Shown: piece after piece, positions 41,444-53,195 of the stretch
Numbering within the stretch: the first letter of the stretch is position 1
Layout of the letters: each line of letters starts with the position of its first letter
Origin: an uncultured Chloroflexia bacterium
Lineage (GTDB): Bacteria; Chloroflexota; Anaerolineae; CG2-30-64-16
Reading direction: 5' to 3'
Assembly (NCBI GenBank): GCA_963695715.1
Contig: CAVOHP010000003.1
Location: forward strand, 12,991-76,990
DNA: 64,000 bases
Made by a program: the position numbers and the translations under genes
The notes under the pieces: generated by a model
Seen by the model: the letters and a program-made list of their open reading frames with translations, nothing else
The model's database searches: none
What the model was told of the DNA's origin: nothing

Positions 41444-44373
41444 ATGAACTTGATTTCGCACATTCGAGCCGTGATCGTGGTCGCCACAAAACACCTGCTC
41501 TCGCAGGTGGGGTTGACGCTCGCGACCGTGCTCGGCCTGATCAGCGCCGTGGCGTTGATCATGAGCATCCCGCTGTACACCGACGGCGTCTATTACCGAC
41601 TCTTGAATCAGGGTTGGGCGACGCCGGCGGATGCGGGCGCCCCGGAACACACGCTCCCCCCGTTTCGCTTCCTCTTCCGTTACGTGGGACGGCCCAACAA
41701 TCCCCACACCTGGGAGCAAGTCCTCCCCGTTGATGACTACCTGATGCGCTCCGTCTCGCAAGAGCTTGGGCTGCCGATGCAAACCGCCATGCGCGCCTTC
41801 AGCACGGACAACGTGCAACTCTTCGCGCGCGACGATGCCCAGTACGCCAGCAGCCGGGAGCCGCTCACCTGGAGTTCATTCGGCGCATTCACCGGTTTCG
41901 AGGATCACATCACACTGGTCGAAGGCGCCTTGCCGTCCGTGGTGGGGTATGCGGCGGATCAGCCGGTGGAGGCGCTCATCGGGGAGGAACTGGCGCTGAA
42001 GGTGGGGCTGCAACCCGGCGAGGAATTCGTGGCCTTCGCGCGCCGCCAGGGCGACCGCAAGCAGCCGCAAATCCCGGTCCGCATCACCGGCATCTGGCGC
42101 GCCGCCGATCCGGAAGATCCCTACTGGTTCTACAGCCCGGCCACCCTGGGCGAGCAACTGATGGTTCCCGAGGAGACGTTCCTCGGTCGCGTGGCGACCG
42201 ATCTCGATGAAGACGCCTACCTTGCGGCCTGGTATCTGGTGCTCAACGCCTCGCAGGTGCACACCGGCGATGTGCCGGGCATCCTCGCGCGGATCACCAC
42301 CATGCAGCAACGCGCCTCGGCGCTCTTGCCGGGCGCCTCGCTCGGCCTCTCGCCGGTCAGCCCGTTGCAGCAATATCTTCGTTCCAGCAGACTGCTAACC
42401 TTCCTGCTCTACGCGTTCAGTGTGCCGATCGTCGGATTGCTGCTCGGTTTCGTCGTTCTTGCGGTGAGCCTTTCCGTCGGCACACGCAGGAATGAAATTG
42501 CCGTGTTACGCAGCCGCGGCGCGACCGCCCCACAGGTCATCGGCATCGTCGGGTTGGAAGGTCTGATCCTCGGGCTCATCGCGCTGGCCGCCGCCGCGCC
42601 CTTGAGCCGATGGATCGCCCGCAGCATCGGCAGGGCCACGAGCTTCCTGGTCTTCACCGGCCAACCCGACCTGCGGGTGGATATGACGCCGGCGATCTGG
42701 CGTCTTGGCGTCATCGCCATCGCGTTGATCATGTTCGCCCAGATCGTGCCGGCGCTCGGCGCATCCCGGCATACCGTCGTCACCTACAAACGGGATCGCG
42801 CCCGTTCGGCGACGCGGCCCTGGTGGCAGCGCGCCTGGCTCGACGTGCTGTTGCTGATCCCGGCCGGTTATGGCATCTACCTGTTGCGCAACCAGGGCAG
42901 CATCGCTGCGCCCGGCCTGGACGAAGCGACCCGATCCGACCCCTTCAGCAACCCCCTGCTGTTGCTGGTCCCCGCGCTGGCCGCGCTGGCGATTACGCTG
43001 CTGCTATTGCGGGTTCTCCCCTTCGTCATGTCGGCGATGGCCGGGCTTCTCTCGCGGGTCGGGGGCAACGTCGGGCCGCTGCTGGCGACGCGCTATCTAT
43101 CTCGGACGCCGGGCTACTACTCGTCGCCGCTGGTGCTGCTGGTGCTGACGCTCAGCCTTTCGGCGTTCACCGCCTCGCTCGCACAGACCCTCGATACGCA
43201 CATCTACGACAAGAGTTTTTACCAGGTCGGCGCGGATTTGCGGATCGTGGAACCCGGCGAAAATGCCGCGCCCATGAATACGTCGGGCTCGGCGGGGGGC
43301 CTCACCAGCGCCGACCTCACCACCGACGCGACCGAACAGGAAACGGAACTCGAAGGCCCACGCTGGGAGTTCATGCCGGTGGGCGAGTATATGGAATTCC
43401 CCGGCGTCACGGCGGCCACCCGCGTCGGGCGCTATGCCGGGTCATCCGAACTCGGCGGCGCGTTGCGCACCGGAGTATTCCTCGGCGTGGATCGGGCAGA
43501 CTTCGCGCGCTCGGCCTTCTGGCGACGCGACTTTGCAGCGCAGCGCCTGGGGACGTTGATGAACAACCTGGCCGTCACGCCCAACGGCGTCCTCATTCCG
43601 AGGCGAGTTCGCCGGCCGGTTCGGTCTGCGCACGGGCGACACGATCAATGTCACCGTCATCACCGGCGGGCAGCGCAACCCGTTGCCGATGAAGATCGTG
43701 GGGACTTTTGATCTGTTCCCCACCTGGTACTCCGGAACAGGACGGCCCGCTGTTCGTGGGCAATCTGAATTATCTCTTCGAGGAAGCGGGCAATCAATAT
43801 CCTTACGAAGTCTGGCTGAACCTCGCCGGAGACGCCAACGCGCGGACGGTGCTGGAGGATATCCGTGAGGCCAACCCGCTGGTCGGCCAGTGGGAGATCG
43901 CCGCATCGGAGTGGGCCGGTGAACGCGACCGGCCCGAGCGCCAGGGGTTGCTCGGCTTCCTCTCCATCGGATTCGTCGCCGCGGCCCTGCTGACGGTGCT
44001 GGGCTTCTTGCTGTATGCCCTGTTCTCGTTTCGCCAGCGTTTCATCGAGCTGGGCATCTTGCGCGCCATCGGGCTGTCGTCGGGCGGGATGACCGTCTTC
44101 CTTGCGTGGGAGCTGGCGTTTCTGATCATCGCCGGGCTGGGGCTCGGCACGTTGCTGGGGGTGTGGATCAGCCAGTTCTTCATCCCCTATCTGCAAGTGG
44201 GTTCCGGGCCAAGCGTGCGCACCCCGCCTTATGAGGTGCAAATCGCCTGGCCCGCCATCTATCGCATCTGGGCGCTCTTCGGCGGGCTGTTCGTCATCGC
44301 CCTGGCAGCGCTGGCCGCGCTTTTGCTACGCATGCGCGTCTTCCAGGCCGTCAAGCTGGGTGAAACCACCTGA
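41444..44373 (+). CDS. Large FtsX/MacB-type ABC permease; frameshifts ~43600 and ~43730
   Basis: Two FtsX motifs, RRNEIAVLRSRGAT and RFIELGILRAIGLS, with large extracytoplasmic loops. Confidence 0.88.
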
Positions 44374-44562
44374 CGGCTGACCGGATCGCGTCTCCGATGT
44401 TCGAGACGCCGACCGAAGAAAGCAGCAAAGCGGAAGCTTTATCGGGTTCGCCGAGAGGCAACCACCCGGAAAGGAGGGAAGCAAAGACACAGAGGGAATC
44501 ACGTGCAGTCTCGCAATCGTCGCGAGCAATCCGATCAGTGAATTGATTATGGAGGATCAAAG

Positions 44563-46189
44563 ATGAAGTCCAGGCACGTTTCTCGTCGTGAGTTTTTGAG
44601 ATTAGCCGGTATCGCCTCAGCAGGCGGTGCATTGGCCGCATGCCAGGCCCAGGCTCCGGCCCCGGCTGAGCCGGCCGCTGAGGCGCCCGCCGCAGAAGCG
44701 CCGGCGGCGGCTGAAGCGCCCGCCGCAGCTGAAGCGCCCGTCGCAACCGAAGCGCCCGCCGCAACCGCAGCCGCGCCGGCCGCCGAAGCGAAAGTCGTCA
44801 GGCACTATGCGCAGGGCCTGACCCCGCGGGAGAAGGGCGAAACAGATCGCTGGGATCCACCGAAGGAAATGTGGAACCAGGCAGAGATGTTCAAAGAAGC
44901 CCATCCCGATGTCACCATCGAATTCGTCCCCGAAATCCCGACCGGGTACGAAGAGTGGCTGGTGACCCAGATGTCGGGCGGGGTATCTCCCGAAATCGTC
45001 TGGTATCAGCGCGGCTACATCGCCCGTGACTATGAGAAGGGCTGGTTCGTCAACCTCGACCCGTACCTCTCCGAGCCCAACCCGTACTGGGACGGCCAAC
45101 CATCCTGGAAAGAAGGCTTCCAGGGCCCCGTCATCGCCAGCGGCACCGCGCCCGACGGCCATATCTACATGATCACCGGCGACATCGTCGGCACGGGCTT
45201 CTTCTACAACAAGACGGAGTTCGACAAGCTGGGACTGGAAATACCGGAGACCTGGGAGGAGTTCACCACGGTTCAGCAGGCCATCAAGGACGACGGGATG
45301 ACGCCCGTCTCCATCAGCTATGGACCTGTCCGGCGGCGTCCAGCTCTACGGCTCGTGGACCACGCGCATCTTCCAGGATGTGCTCTACGACAAGCGGATG
45401 AGTTCGATCAAATGCACCACCGATCCGGTGGAACGCACCTGGAAGCCCGGCGAGAACCTGCCGCCGCCGGTCATGGTCAACGCGATCAAGGACGGGCGTT
45501 ACGCCGCCACCGATGAAGAGTGGGGCGAGATGCTCCGCATCATGAAGGACTGGACGCAGTTCTGGCCCGAGGGCTTCTGGTCACTGCCGGTATCGCCAAC
45601 CGATGACGTTTACCGCCTGTGGGCCGAGGGCAAGGCGGCAATGGCGTGGCAGGGAAGCTGGATGAACAAGCCCATCCGCAACGACCCGCTGATCACCTTC
45701 GAATGGGGCGTCCTGCCGAAGATCCCGCGCTTCACTGAAGAGACGTCTCCCTTCGGCGGCGTAGACTACCCGGCCATGGCCGGCGTCGGCGGCGTCTTCC
45801 AGTACGCTATCGCCGCCGAATCCGAGAAGCGCGGCGTGCTCAACGAGACCGTGGACTGGATGCGTTGGATCACGGCCCCGGCGAATAACGTCGCCCTGCT
45901 CAACGACCACGGCGGCTTTGCGCCGGGCGTGATTGACACCACGGGCGCCGACCCGACGCTGGGCGTCTACACGGACATGATGGTTGAATTCGGCACCGAA
46001 CGCATCGAGCCGTTCGACAGCATGTTGACCCGCGAATTCGTGGACGTCATGTGGAACACCCTCCAGCAGTTCCTGGCGGGCCAAATCGAACAGAGCGCCA
46101 TGCAGGAGACGATCCAGGCTGAGATGATGACTGCGGCCGATCAGCTCCTCGCCGAGAACCCGGACTGGCGCAAGGAATGCGCGCTGTAG
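44563..46189 (+). CDS. Carbohydrate ABC transporter substrate-binding Tat lipoprotein; frameshift ~45320
   Basis: SRREFLR twin-Arg, LAAC lipobox, AEAPAA linker, FFYNKTEFDKLGLEIPETWEEF. Confidence 0.9.
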
Positions 46190-46203
46190 TCTAGGTCCGA
46201 GCC

Positions 46204-46235
46204 TGTGTGCGCCCCGGCGCGCCGGGGCGCACACA
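46204..46235. repeat. Perfect 32-bp palindrome between the SBP and permease genes (mRNA-stabilising stem-loop candidate)
   Basis: TGTGTGCGCCCCGGCGCGCCGGGGCGCACACA equals its own reverse complement. Confidence 0.85.
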
Positions 46236-46255
46236 ATCAGACAGGGAGAACGAAC

Positions 46256-47211
46256 ATGACGCAGCTTGCCGCTGACGTGAAGCTGAAAGCGACCCCCCAG
46301 GAGAAAAGCAAGAGCCTGGGACAGCGCATCTGCAAAGAATTGGTTCTGCTATGTGTGGATCTTGCCTACGTTTTTGCTCTTGCTGCTGTTCAACTACTAT
46401 CCGGCGGGTTCGGCGCTTTATCACAGCTTCTTCAGTTGGAACGGCGCCAACATCAAGCAGTTCATCGGGCTGGATAATTTCACCCAGTTGGTGACCGATT
46501 CGACCTTCTGGCTCTCCATGCGGAATATGGTCAAGTTGACCATTGCGTCGGTCATCATCAACCTGACCTTCCCGCTCTTCGCGGCCGCGCTGATCTTCCA
46601 CCTCAAAAACTTGCGCATGGCTTATGGCTACCGGGTGATATTCGTCGTCCCGATGGTCGTGCCCGGCGTCGTCATCTTGATGATCTGGAAGTTCATCTAC
46701 AGCCCCAACATCGGCGTGCTCAACCAGTTCCTCACCGGCGTCGGGCTGGAGCAGTTCACACGGCCCTGGCTGGGTGACTTCAAGCTGGCGCTCTACGCCA
46801 TCATCTTCATCGGCTTCCCCTGGATTGCCGGCATCGGCACGCTGATCTATCTGGCCGGTTTCCAGGCGATCCCCGAAGAGCTGCTGGATGCGGCGGCGAT
46901 TGACGGGGCCAGCACGTGGGGGCGTTTCTGGAAGATCGAAATACCCGCTGGTCGCCTCGCAGATCAAACTGCTGGTCATCCTGACGGTGATCGGCGCATT
47001 TCAGGGCTTTGCCACCATCCTGATCATGACCAACGGCGGGCCGGGAACGACGACCATGGTCCCGGGGCTCTATCTCTACCGCAATGCCATGTATTACAAC
47101 AAGATGGGCTATGCGTGCGCGCTCGGCACGGTGATTTTCATCATCACTCTGGTGCTGACCTATATCAACACGCGCTACCTCAAGTCCAGCGTCGAATTCA
47201 CCGGGGCTTGA
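46256..47211 (+). CDS. Carbohydrate ABC permease (MalF-like); frameshifts ~46345 and ~46945
   Basis: FIGLDNF, IYLAGFQAIPEELLDAAAIDGAS (EAA loop), MGYACA. Confidence 0.92.
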
Positions 47212-47224
47212 TTCGGAGGCTACC

Positions 47225-48052
47225 ATGCGAAGCACTTTCAAACACGACTTGCCCATCAACATCATCCTGATGGCGGCGGCAATCGTGACATTCTTTCCCT
47301 TCTTCTTTCTCCTGATGTCGTCGCTCAAGACGACGCCGGAGTTCATCCACAACTTCTGGGGGCTCCCCATTCCCCCGGAGCTTGCCAACTATCGCGACGC
47401 CTGGACACGCGTCAGCCCGTTCGTGTTGAACAGCCTGTTCGTCTCCATCGTTTCGATGCTCGGCATGGTGCTGGTCTCCAGCCTCACGGCGTTCATCTTC
47501 GCGCGCTACAACTTTCCCGGCCGCGAGTTCCTTTTCTTCGCCGTCCTCGCGCTGTTGATGATCCCGTCCGTGCTCACGCTGGTGCCGGCGTTCCTGCTCA
47601 TCAAGCGGTTTGGGCTGCTCGACACCTATTGGGCGCTGATCTTACCCTACATTGCCGGGGGGCAGGTGCTCTCGATTTTCATCTTGCGCAGTTTCATCGC
47701 CGGGCTCCCGGAAGAGCTATACGAATCGGCGCGCCTGGACGGGGCCGGCGTGTGGCGACTCTACGCTAACATCACCGTGCCGCTCTCCAAACCGATCCTC
47801 GTCACCGTCGCGATCATGAACATCCTGTGCACCTGGAACGATTACATCTGGCCGCTGGTCACCATCCCCGACCCTAATAAGTGGACCGTCTCGGTGGGCA
47901 TCGTGAGCTTCGGCAGCACCTACGCCGGGTTGCAGAACTATGGGCCGATGTTCGCGGGCTACGCTATCGCGTCCGTCCCGCTCATCATCCTGTTCCTGTT
48001 CACCATGCGCTACTTCATCGCCGGGTTGACCTCCGGCGCGATCAAGGCGTAA
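47225..48052 (+). CDS. Carbohydrate ABC permease (MalG-like)
   Basis: LPEELYESARLDGA, WNDYIWP, GLTSGAIKA. Confidence 0.95.
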   Translation: MRSTFKHDLPINIILMAAAIVTFFPFFFLLMSSLKTTPEFIHNFWGLPIPPELANYRDAWTRVSPFVLNSLFVSIVSMLGMVLVSSLTAFIFARYNFPGREFLFFAVLALLMIPSVLTLVPAFLLIKRFGLLDTYWALILPYIAGGQVLSIFILRSFIAGLPEELYESARLDGAGVWRLYANITVPLSKPILVTVAIMNILCTWNDYIWPLVTIPDPNKWTVSVGIVSFGSTYAGLQNYGPMFAGYAIASVPLIILFLFTMRYFIAGLTSGAIKA

Positions 48053-48056
48053 CGCG

Positions 48057-49161
48057 ATGACGACGCTGACCAAACGCGAACGTGTGTTGCGCACCGTCCG
48101 TTTCGAGGAGACGGACCGCATCCCACTCTATGACATCCTCGAGAATGACGCCGTCATCGAGCACTACGCCGGTGAGCGGCTGACCGTCGAGAACGGCGAT
48201 GTCGTCAAGGGCCGCGCCATCGGGCGCGTCCTGGACATGACGCGGATGCCGAACGGCCCCTCGGCGCCGGGCCACTATCGGCAAGAGAACGGCATCGAGC
48301 TGGACCGGGAACGCTGGACGACCTGGATCGTGACGCGCCCGTGGAGCGACACGCCCGGCCTGCTGGACTGGATCCGGGGTGAGATACGCCGGGCCGATGC
48401 GCTCACCTACGACCGCGCGTACGGCGAAAAGGTGCATGAGAACATTCGTTGGCGACAGGGCTTGTTCGCCGCCGGCGACCCGACCGGGCGGGACGACCCG
48501 ACGGTGCTGATCCTCGAGAGCGGCGTCGGCCTCACCGAGATGTACTGGCAGGTCGGCATGGAAGATTTCGCCTACCTCATGGCCGACCAGCCCGATCTCG
48601 TGGAAGAATGGCTGGACGCGCGCCACCGCGCCGAGTTGCGGCGCGTCGCCGCCATCGCCGACCCGGCGCTTATCCCCATCGCCCTGACCTACGACGACAT
48701 CGCCTACAAGAACAGCACCCTCTTCTCGCCGGCCTGGCTGCGCCGGCTTGTGGGCGCCGCGGCTGGCCCGGCTGGTCGCCGCCTGGCACGATCGCGACGT
48801 CTATTGCCTGTTCCACTCCGACGGCAGGCTGTGGGGCGTGCTGGACGATCTCGTCGCCGCCGGCATTGACGGGCTGAATCCCCTCGAAGTGATCGCGGGC
48901 ATGACCGTCGGCGAGGTGCGCCGGCGCTACCCCCGGCTCTTCCTGACCGGCGGCATAGACGTGAGCCAGTTGCTGCCCCTGGGGACGCCGGAGGAGGTGC
49001 GGGCCGCGTGCCGCACGGCGATTGCGGAGGCCGACGGACGCGGCTATTTTCTCGGTTCCAGCACGGAGTTGCATTGGGACGTGCCGCTGCACAACGCCGC
49101 CGCCATGTTCGAAACCGCCTGGGAGACCGAGTCAACCCCTACACCATTCGAAGCCGCCTGA
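48057..49161 (+). CDS. Uroporphyrinogen decarboxylase / MtaA-CmuA superfamily protein 1; frameshift ~48750
   Basis: TKRERV...EETDRIP, YDDIAYK..TLFSP, FHSDG, LNPLE, GGIDVSQLLPLGTPEEV. Confidence 0.85.
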
Positions 49162-49178
49162 ACCAAGAAAGGCATCTC

Positions 49179-50257
49179 ATGAAGCAGAGCATGACCTCCA
49201 AAGAACGCGCCCTGACCGCCCTTGCCCGCCAGGAACCCGACCGCGTGCCGGTGGATTATCTCTACAACCCCGGCATTGACGCCCGCCTGAAAGACCACTT
49301 CGGGCTTGCCCCCGACGACGACGAGGGCCTGCGTCTTGCGCTGTGCGTGGATTTCCGATCCGTCGGGCGCGCCCTACATCGGGCCGAAAGCTTCACCCCG
49401 ATGCGCCCGGCGTCGTGGTAGATACCTGGGGCATTCACCGGCGCTGGATCGAACACGAAACGGGCGGCTACTGGGACTACTGCGATTTCCCGCTCCAGAA
49501 CGCGACGCTCGAGGAAATCGAGGCATGGCCGATGCCGTCGCCCGATGATTTCGATTACAGCCGGGTCAAAGAGGCCTGCGCGCACTGGGCCGACTATTGC
49601 CTGATTGCCGGGGGCGCGGGCACGGGCGACATCATCAACAGCACCGGCATGATCCGCAACATGGAGCGCGTGCTGGTGGACCTCATCAGCGATGACCCGG
49701 CCTGTCTCCGCTACATCGAGCGCAAAGTCTCCACCGATATCGAGGTGATGTATCGCACGCTGGAGGCCGCAGAGGGCGGCATTGACATGCTGATGATGGG
49801 CGAAGACCTGGGCACGCAGATCGCCCCGATGATCAGCCCCCGGCTCTATCGCAAACACCTACGCCCGCTGCATCAGCGCATCGTGGACGTCGGCAAGCAC
49901 TTCGGCGTCCCCGTGATGATCCACTGCTGCGGTTCCAGCAGTTGGGCCTTCGACGACTTCATCGAGATGGGGATCACCGTGGTGGATACGCTCCAGCCGG
50001 AAGCGAAGAACATGGCCCCGCGCTATCTCAAAGAACGGTACGGCGATCGGCTGGCATTTCACGGCGCCATCTCGACCGCGGGGCCGCTGGCCTACGGCAC
50101 GGTCGAAGACGTGGTCGCCGACGTCATCCAGACCCTCGAGATCATGATGCCGGGGGGCGGCTATGCCCTCGCGCCCACGCACCAGATCCAGGATAACTCT
50201 CCGACCGAAAATGTCGTCGCGATGTACGAGACCGCGCGACGCTATGGGAATTATTAG
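49179..50257 (+). CDS. Uroporphyrinogen decarboxylase / MtaA-CmuA superfamily protein 2; frameshifts ~49370-49390
   Basis: MTSKERAL...QEPDRVP, GEDLGTQ..PMISP, IHCCG, LQPEA, APTHQIQ. Confidence 0.87.
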
Positions 50258-50307
50258 GTTTGGCTCCACCCCTCGCGGAGTAAGGCTCCCAGAAAGGCAG
50301 AACTCAC

Positions 50308-53195
50308 ATGTCTGAGATTTCAACGCCGCACTGGACGGGTTCGTGGATATGGTGCACCGAGGAAACGCCGGCGCGCAATGCCTTCGTCCGTTTCCGGCGC
50401 ACGTTCCACTATGCCGGCGGCCCGGCCGAGCTCAACATCACCGCGGACGCACGGTATGTGCTCTGGATCAACGGCGAATATCTGGGGCAGGGTCCCGTTC
50501 GAGGCTGGCCGGCTCACTGGCATTACGATACCTACGATCTCACCCCGTATCTCAGGCCCGGCGAGAACGTGATCGCCGTCGAGGCCAATCATTACGGCGA
50601 ATCCACCTTCCAGTATCTTCACCAGCCGCCCGGTCTGCTGGCGCATCTGGCGCTGGCAGATCAGGAATATCGTCACCGACGCCGGCTGGCGCGCCGCGCC
50701 CGACCCCGCCCTCATCAGCGCCGTGCCGCGCATCAGCGTGCAAGAAGCCTTCGAAGAACAGTTCGATGCACGCCTGGGCGACGCCTGGACGCTGCCCGGC
50801 TACGATGACGCCAACTGGCAGGCCGCTGTCGCCCTGCGGCCCGCCGACGATGGCGCACATCAAGACCTCACCCCGCGCGGCATCCCCTGGCTCACGCTGG
50901 AACCTGTGCTGCCCCAGCGCATCGTCTCCGCCGAAGCAGTGCGCTCTGTGCCTTATCGCCATACGATTTATGTCAAGCCCTATCTGGCGCCGGACGATTT
51001 CTCTTCCAACGCGAACGCGGCGCACGCCTATCTGGCGACGCAGGTCTGGTCGCCCATCGGATACGGAAGTGCGGCTTCTCGCGCCGCATAAGGTACCGTG
51101 GGGTCTCGATCGGCGCGTCTTCAAGGTCAACGGCAAGGCGGTCGAAAATGGGACGGCCCGTCTCGAGCGTGGGTGGAACAGCCTGATCGTTAACATCGCC
51201 GGAGCGTATCACCTGGCCGAGTTTGTGGCGTGCGTTGACGGGCCGCCGGGGTTGCGCTTCTGCGCGGCAGGCGACGCCGGAGGTTCGCCCTGGGCAGTGG
51301 TGGGGCCGTTCGTCATCCCGGACGAGATGCAGCAGATCATCCGCGACACCATCTTCGGCGATACGGCGATCATCGCACAACCGCGCGATAACATGAAGCG
51401 ACGGCGGAACGCGGTGAGGCATTCTGGAAGGCGGGCGTGACGCCGCCCGTCGTCGGCGCGCCGTACTTCCAGCCCGTCGCCGCCGAGCATCTGCCCGCCG
51501 CCGATGTGTTTCTCCAGGCTTACACCGATCAGGTCGCCGGCCCGCCCGTGCGGCTGACCGAACCGGAAGGGTTGCTCTCCGGCGCGGATTGGACGACCAT
51601 TCATCTGCCCGCAGACGGCGGCGATGTGCGCCTGCTGCTGGACTTCGGGCGCGAGGTGGTGGGGTTCCACGCGTTCGAAGTCAATGCCCCCGCCGGGACG
51701 GTGCTGGACTGGCACAACTTCGAGTTCATCCAGCCCGATGGCCGTTACAATTTCGCCGAGGGGATGAACAACTCCTTCCGCTACGTCTGCCGTGAAGGTC
51801 GCCAGACATACCAATCTTTCGTCCGCCGGGGCTTCCGCTACAGCTATCTGATCCTGCGCAACCTCACCGGGCCGGTGCAGTTCCGCGGGGTGCGGCTGAT
51901 CTTCAACACATACCCGCAGATGCGCCGCGGGGCCTTCGCCTGCTCGGATGCGCGCCTCGAACAGATCTGGGAAGTCGGCGCACACACGTTGCGGTGCAGC
52001 GCCGAAGATACTTACGTGGATACGCCGATCTACGAGCAGACGCACTGGGTGGGCGATGCCCGCAACGAAGCGCTGGTGGATATCGTCGCCAACGGCGACC
52101 CCCGTCTCTGGTTCCGTTGTCTCGAACAGGCGGGGCAGAGCCTCGAACGCTCGCCGCTGGTCGAATCGCACGTACCCAGCGGGTGGCAGAACATCATCCC
52201 GGCATGGAGCTTCCTGTGGGCGCGCTCCTGTCGTGAGTATCTCCTCTATACCGGCGACCTCGCGGGCACGCGGAGCCTGCTCGATGACATCGAGCGCAAT
52301 GCCGCCGGCATCAAGGCGCACCTCAACCCGCAGGGCCTCTTCGACATCCACGCGTGGAACCTGTTCGACTGGGCCGCCATGGACACCCCCAACTTCGGCG
52401 TCGTGACGCATCAGAACTGTCTGGCCGTCCAGGCGTTGCGTGATGCGGCGGAGCTGGCCGGGTGGCTGGAGCGACCGGACCTCGCCTCAGATTGGTTGGC
52501 AACGGCAGACGCCCTCGCGGCCGCGATCAACGCGCACCTGTGGAACGATGCGCGCAGGGCCTACACGGATTGTCTGCGCGACGGCAAACACAGCGAAGTC
52601 TACAGCCAGCAGACGCAGACCGCCGCGTTGATCTCCGGCGTGGCAACCGGCGCGCGGGAAGAACGTTGTCGCGATCATCATCGAGAACCCGCCGGAAGGC
52701 TTCGTGCTGGCCGGCAGCCCCTTCTTCGAGTTCTTCCTCCTGGAAGCCTATCAGGATGAAGGTCGCACGCTGGAGCTCGTATCGGCCATCCGGCGCGATT
52801 GGGGCTGGATGGTGGAAATGGGGGCCACCACCTTCTGGGAAAGCTGGAGCGGCGCTGGAGCAGCCGAAGAAGGCCGCCTGACGCGCAGCCATTGCCACGG
52901 CTGGTCGGCCGCGCCGACCTATTTCCTCAGCACCTACGTGCTGGGCGTGCATCCCGGCGGCCCCGGTTTCGATCCTGTCGTGGTCGAGCCGCACCCCGCC
53001 GATCTCACCTGGTGCCGCGGCGTCGTCCCGACGCCGCATGGCGATGTAGAGGTCCAGTGGGAGAATCCGCAGGACGGTGACTTCGCATTACGGGTACGCG
53101 CGCCCGAAGGGACGAAGCTGGACATACGGCTGCCCCGACCGGGGCAGGTGGATCTCAACGGCCGCAATACGACCCCAGGACGCCATACCGCATGA
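50308..53195 (+). CDS. Glycoside hydrolase family 78 (alpha-L-rhamnosidase-like); several frameshifts
   Basis: ITADARYVLWING, LLDFGRE, DTPIYEQTHWVGD, DW, GATTFWE, SHCHGWSAAP, VPTPHG. Confidence 0.88.

Noticed and set aside
44660-44790. Imperfect 18-bp repeats (AEAPAA) in the SBP gene
   Set aside because: Common flexible Ala/Pro/Glu linker after a lipoprotein Cys.
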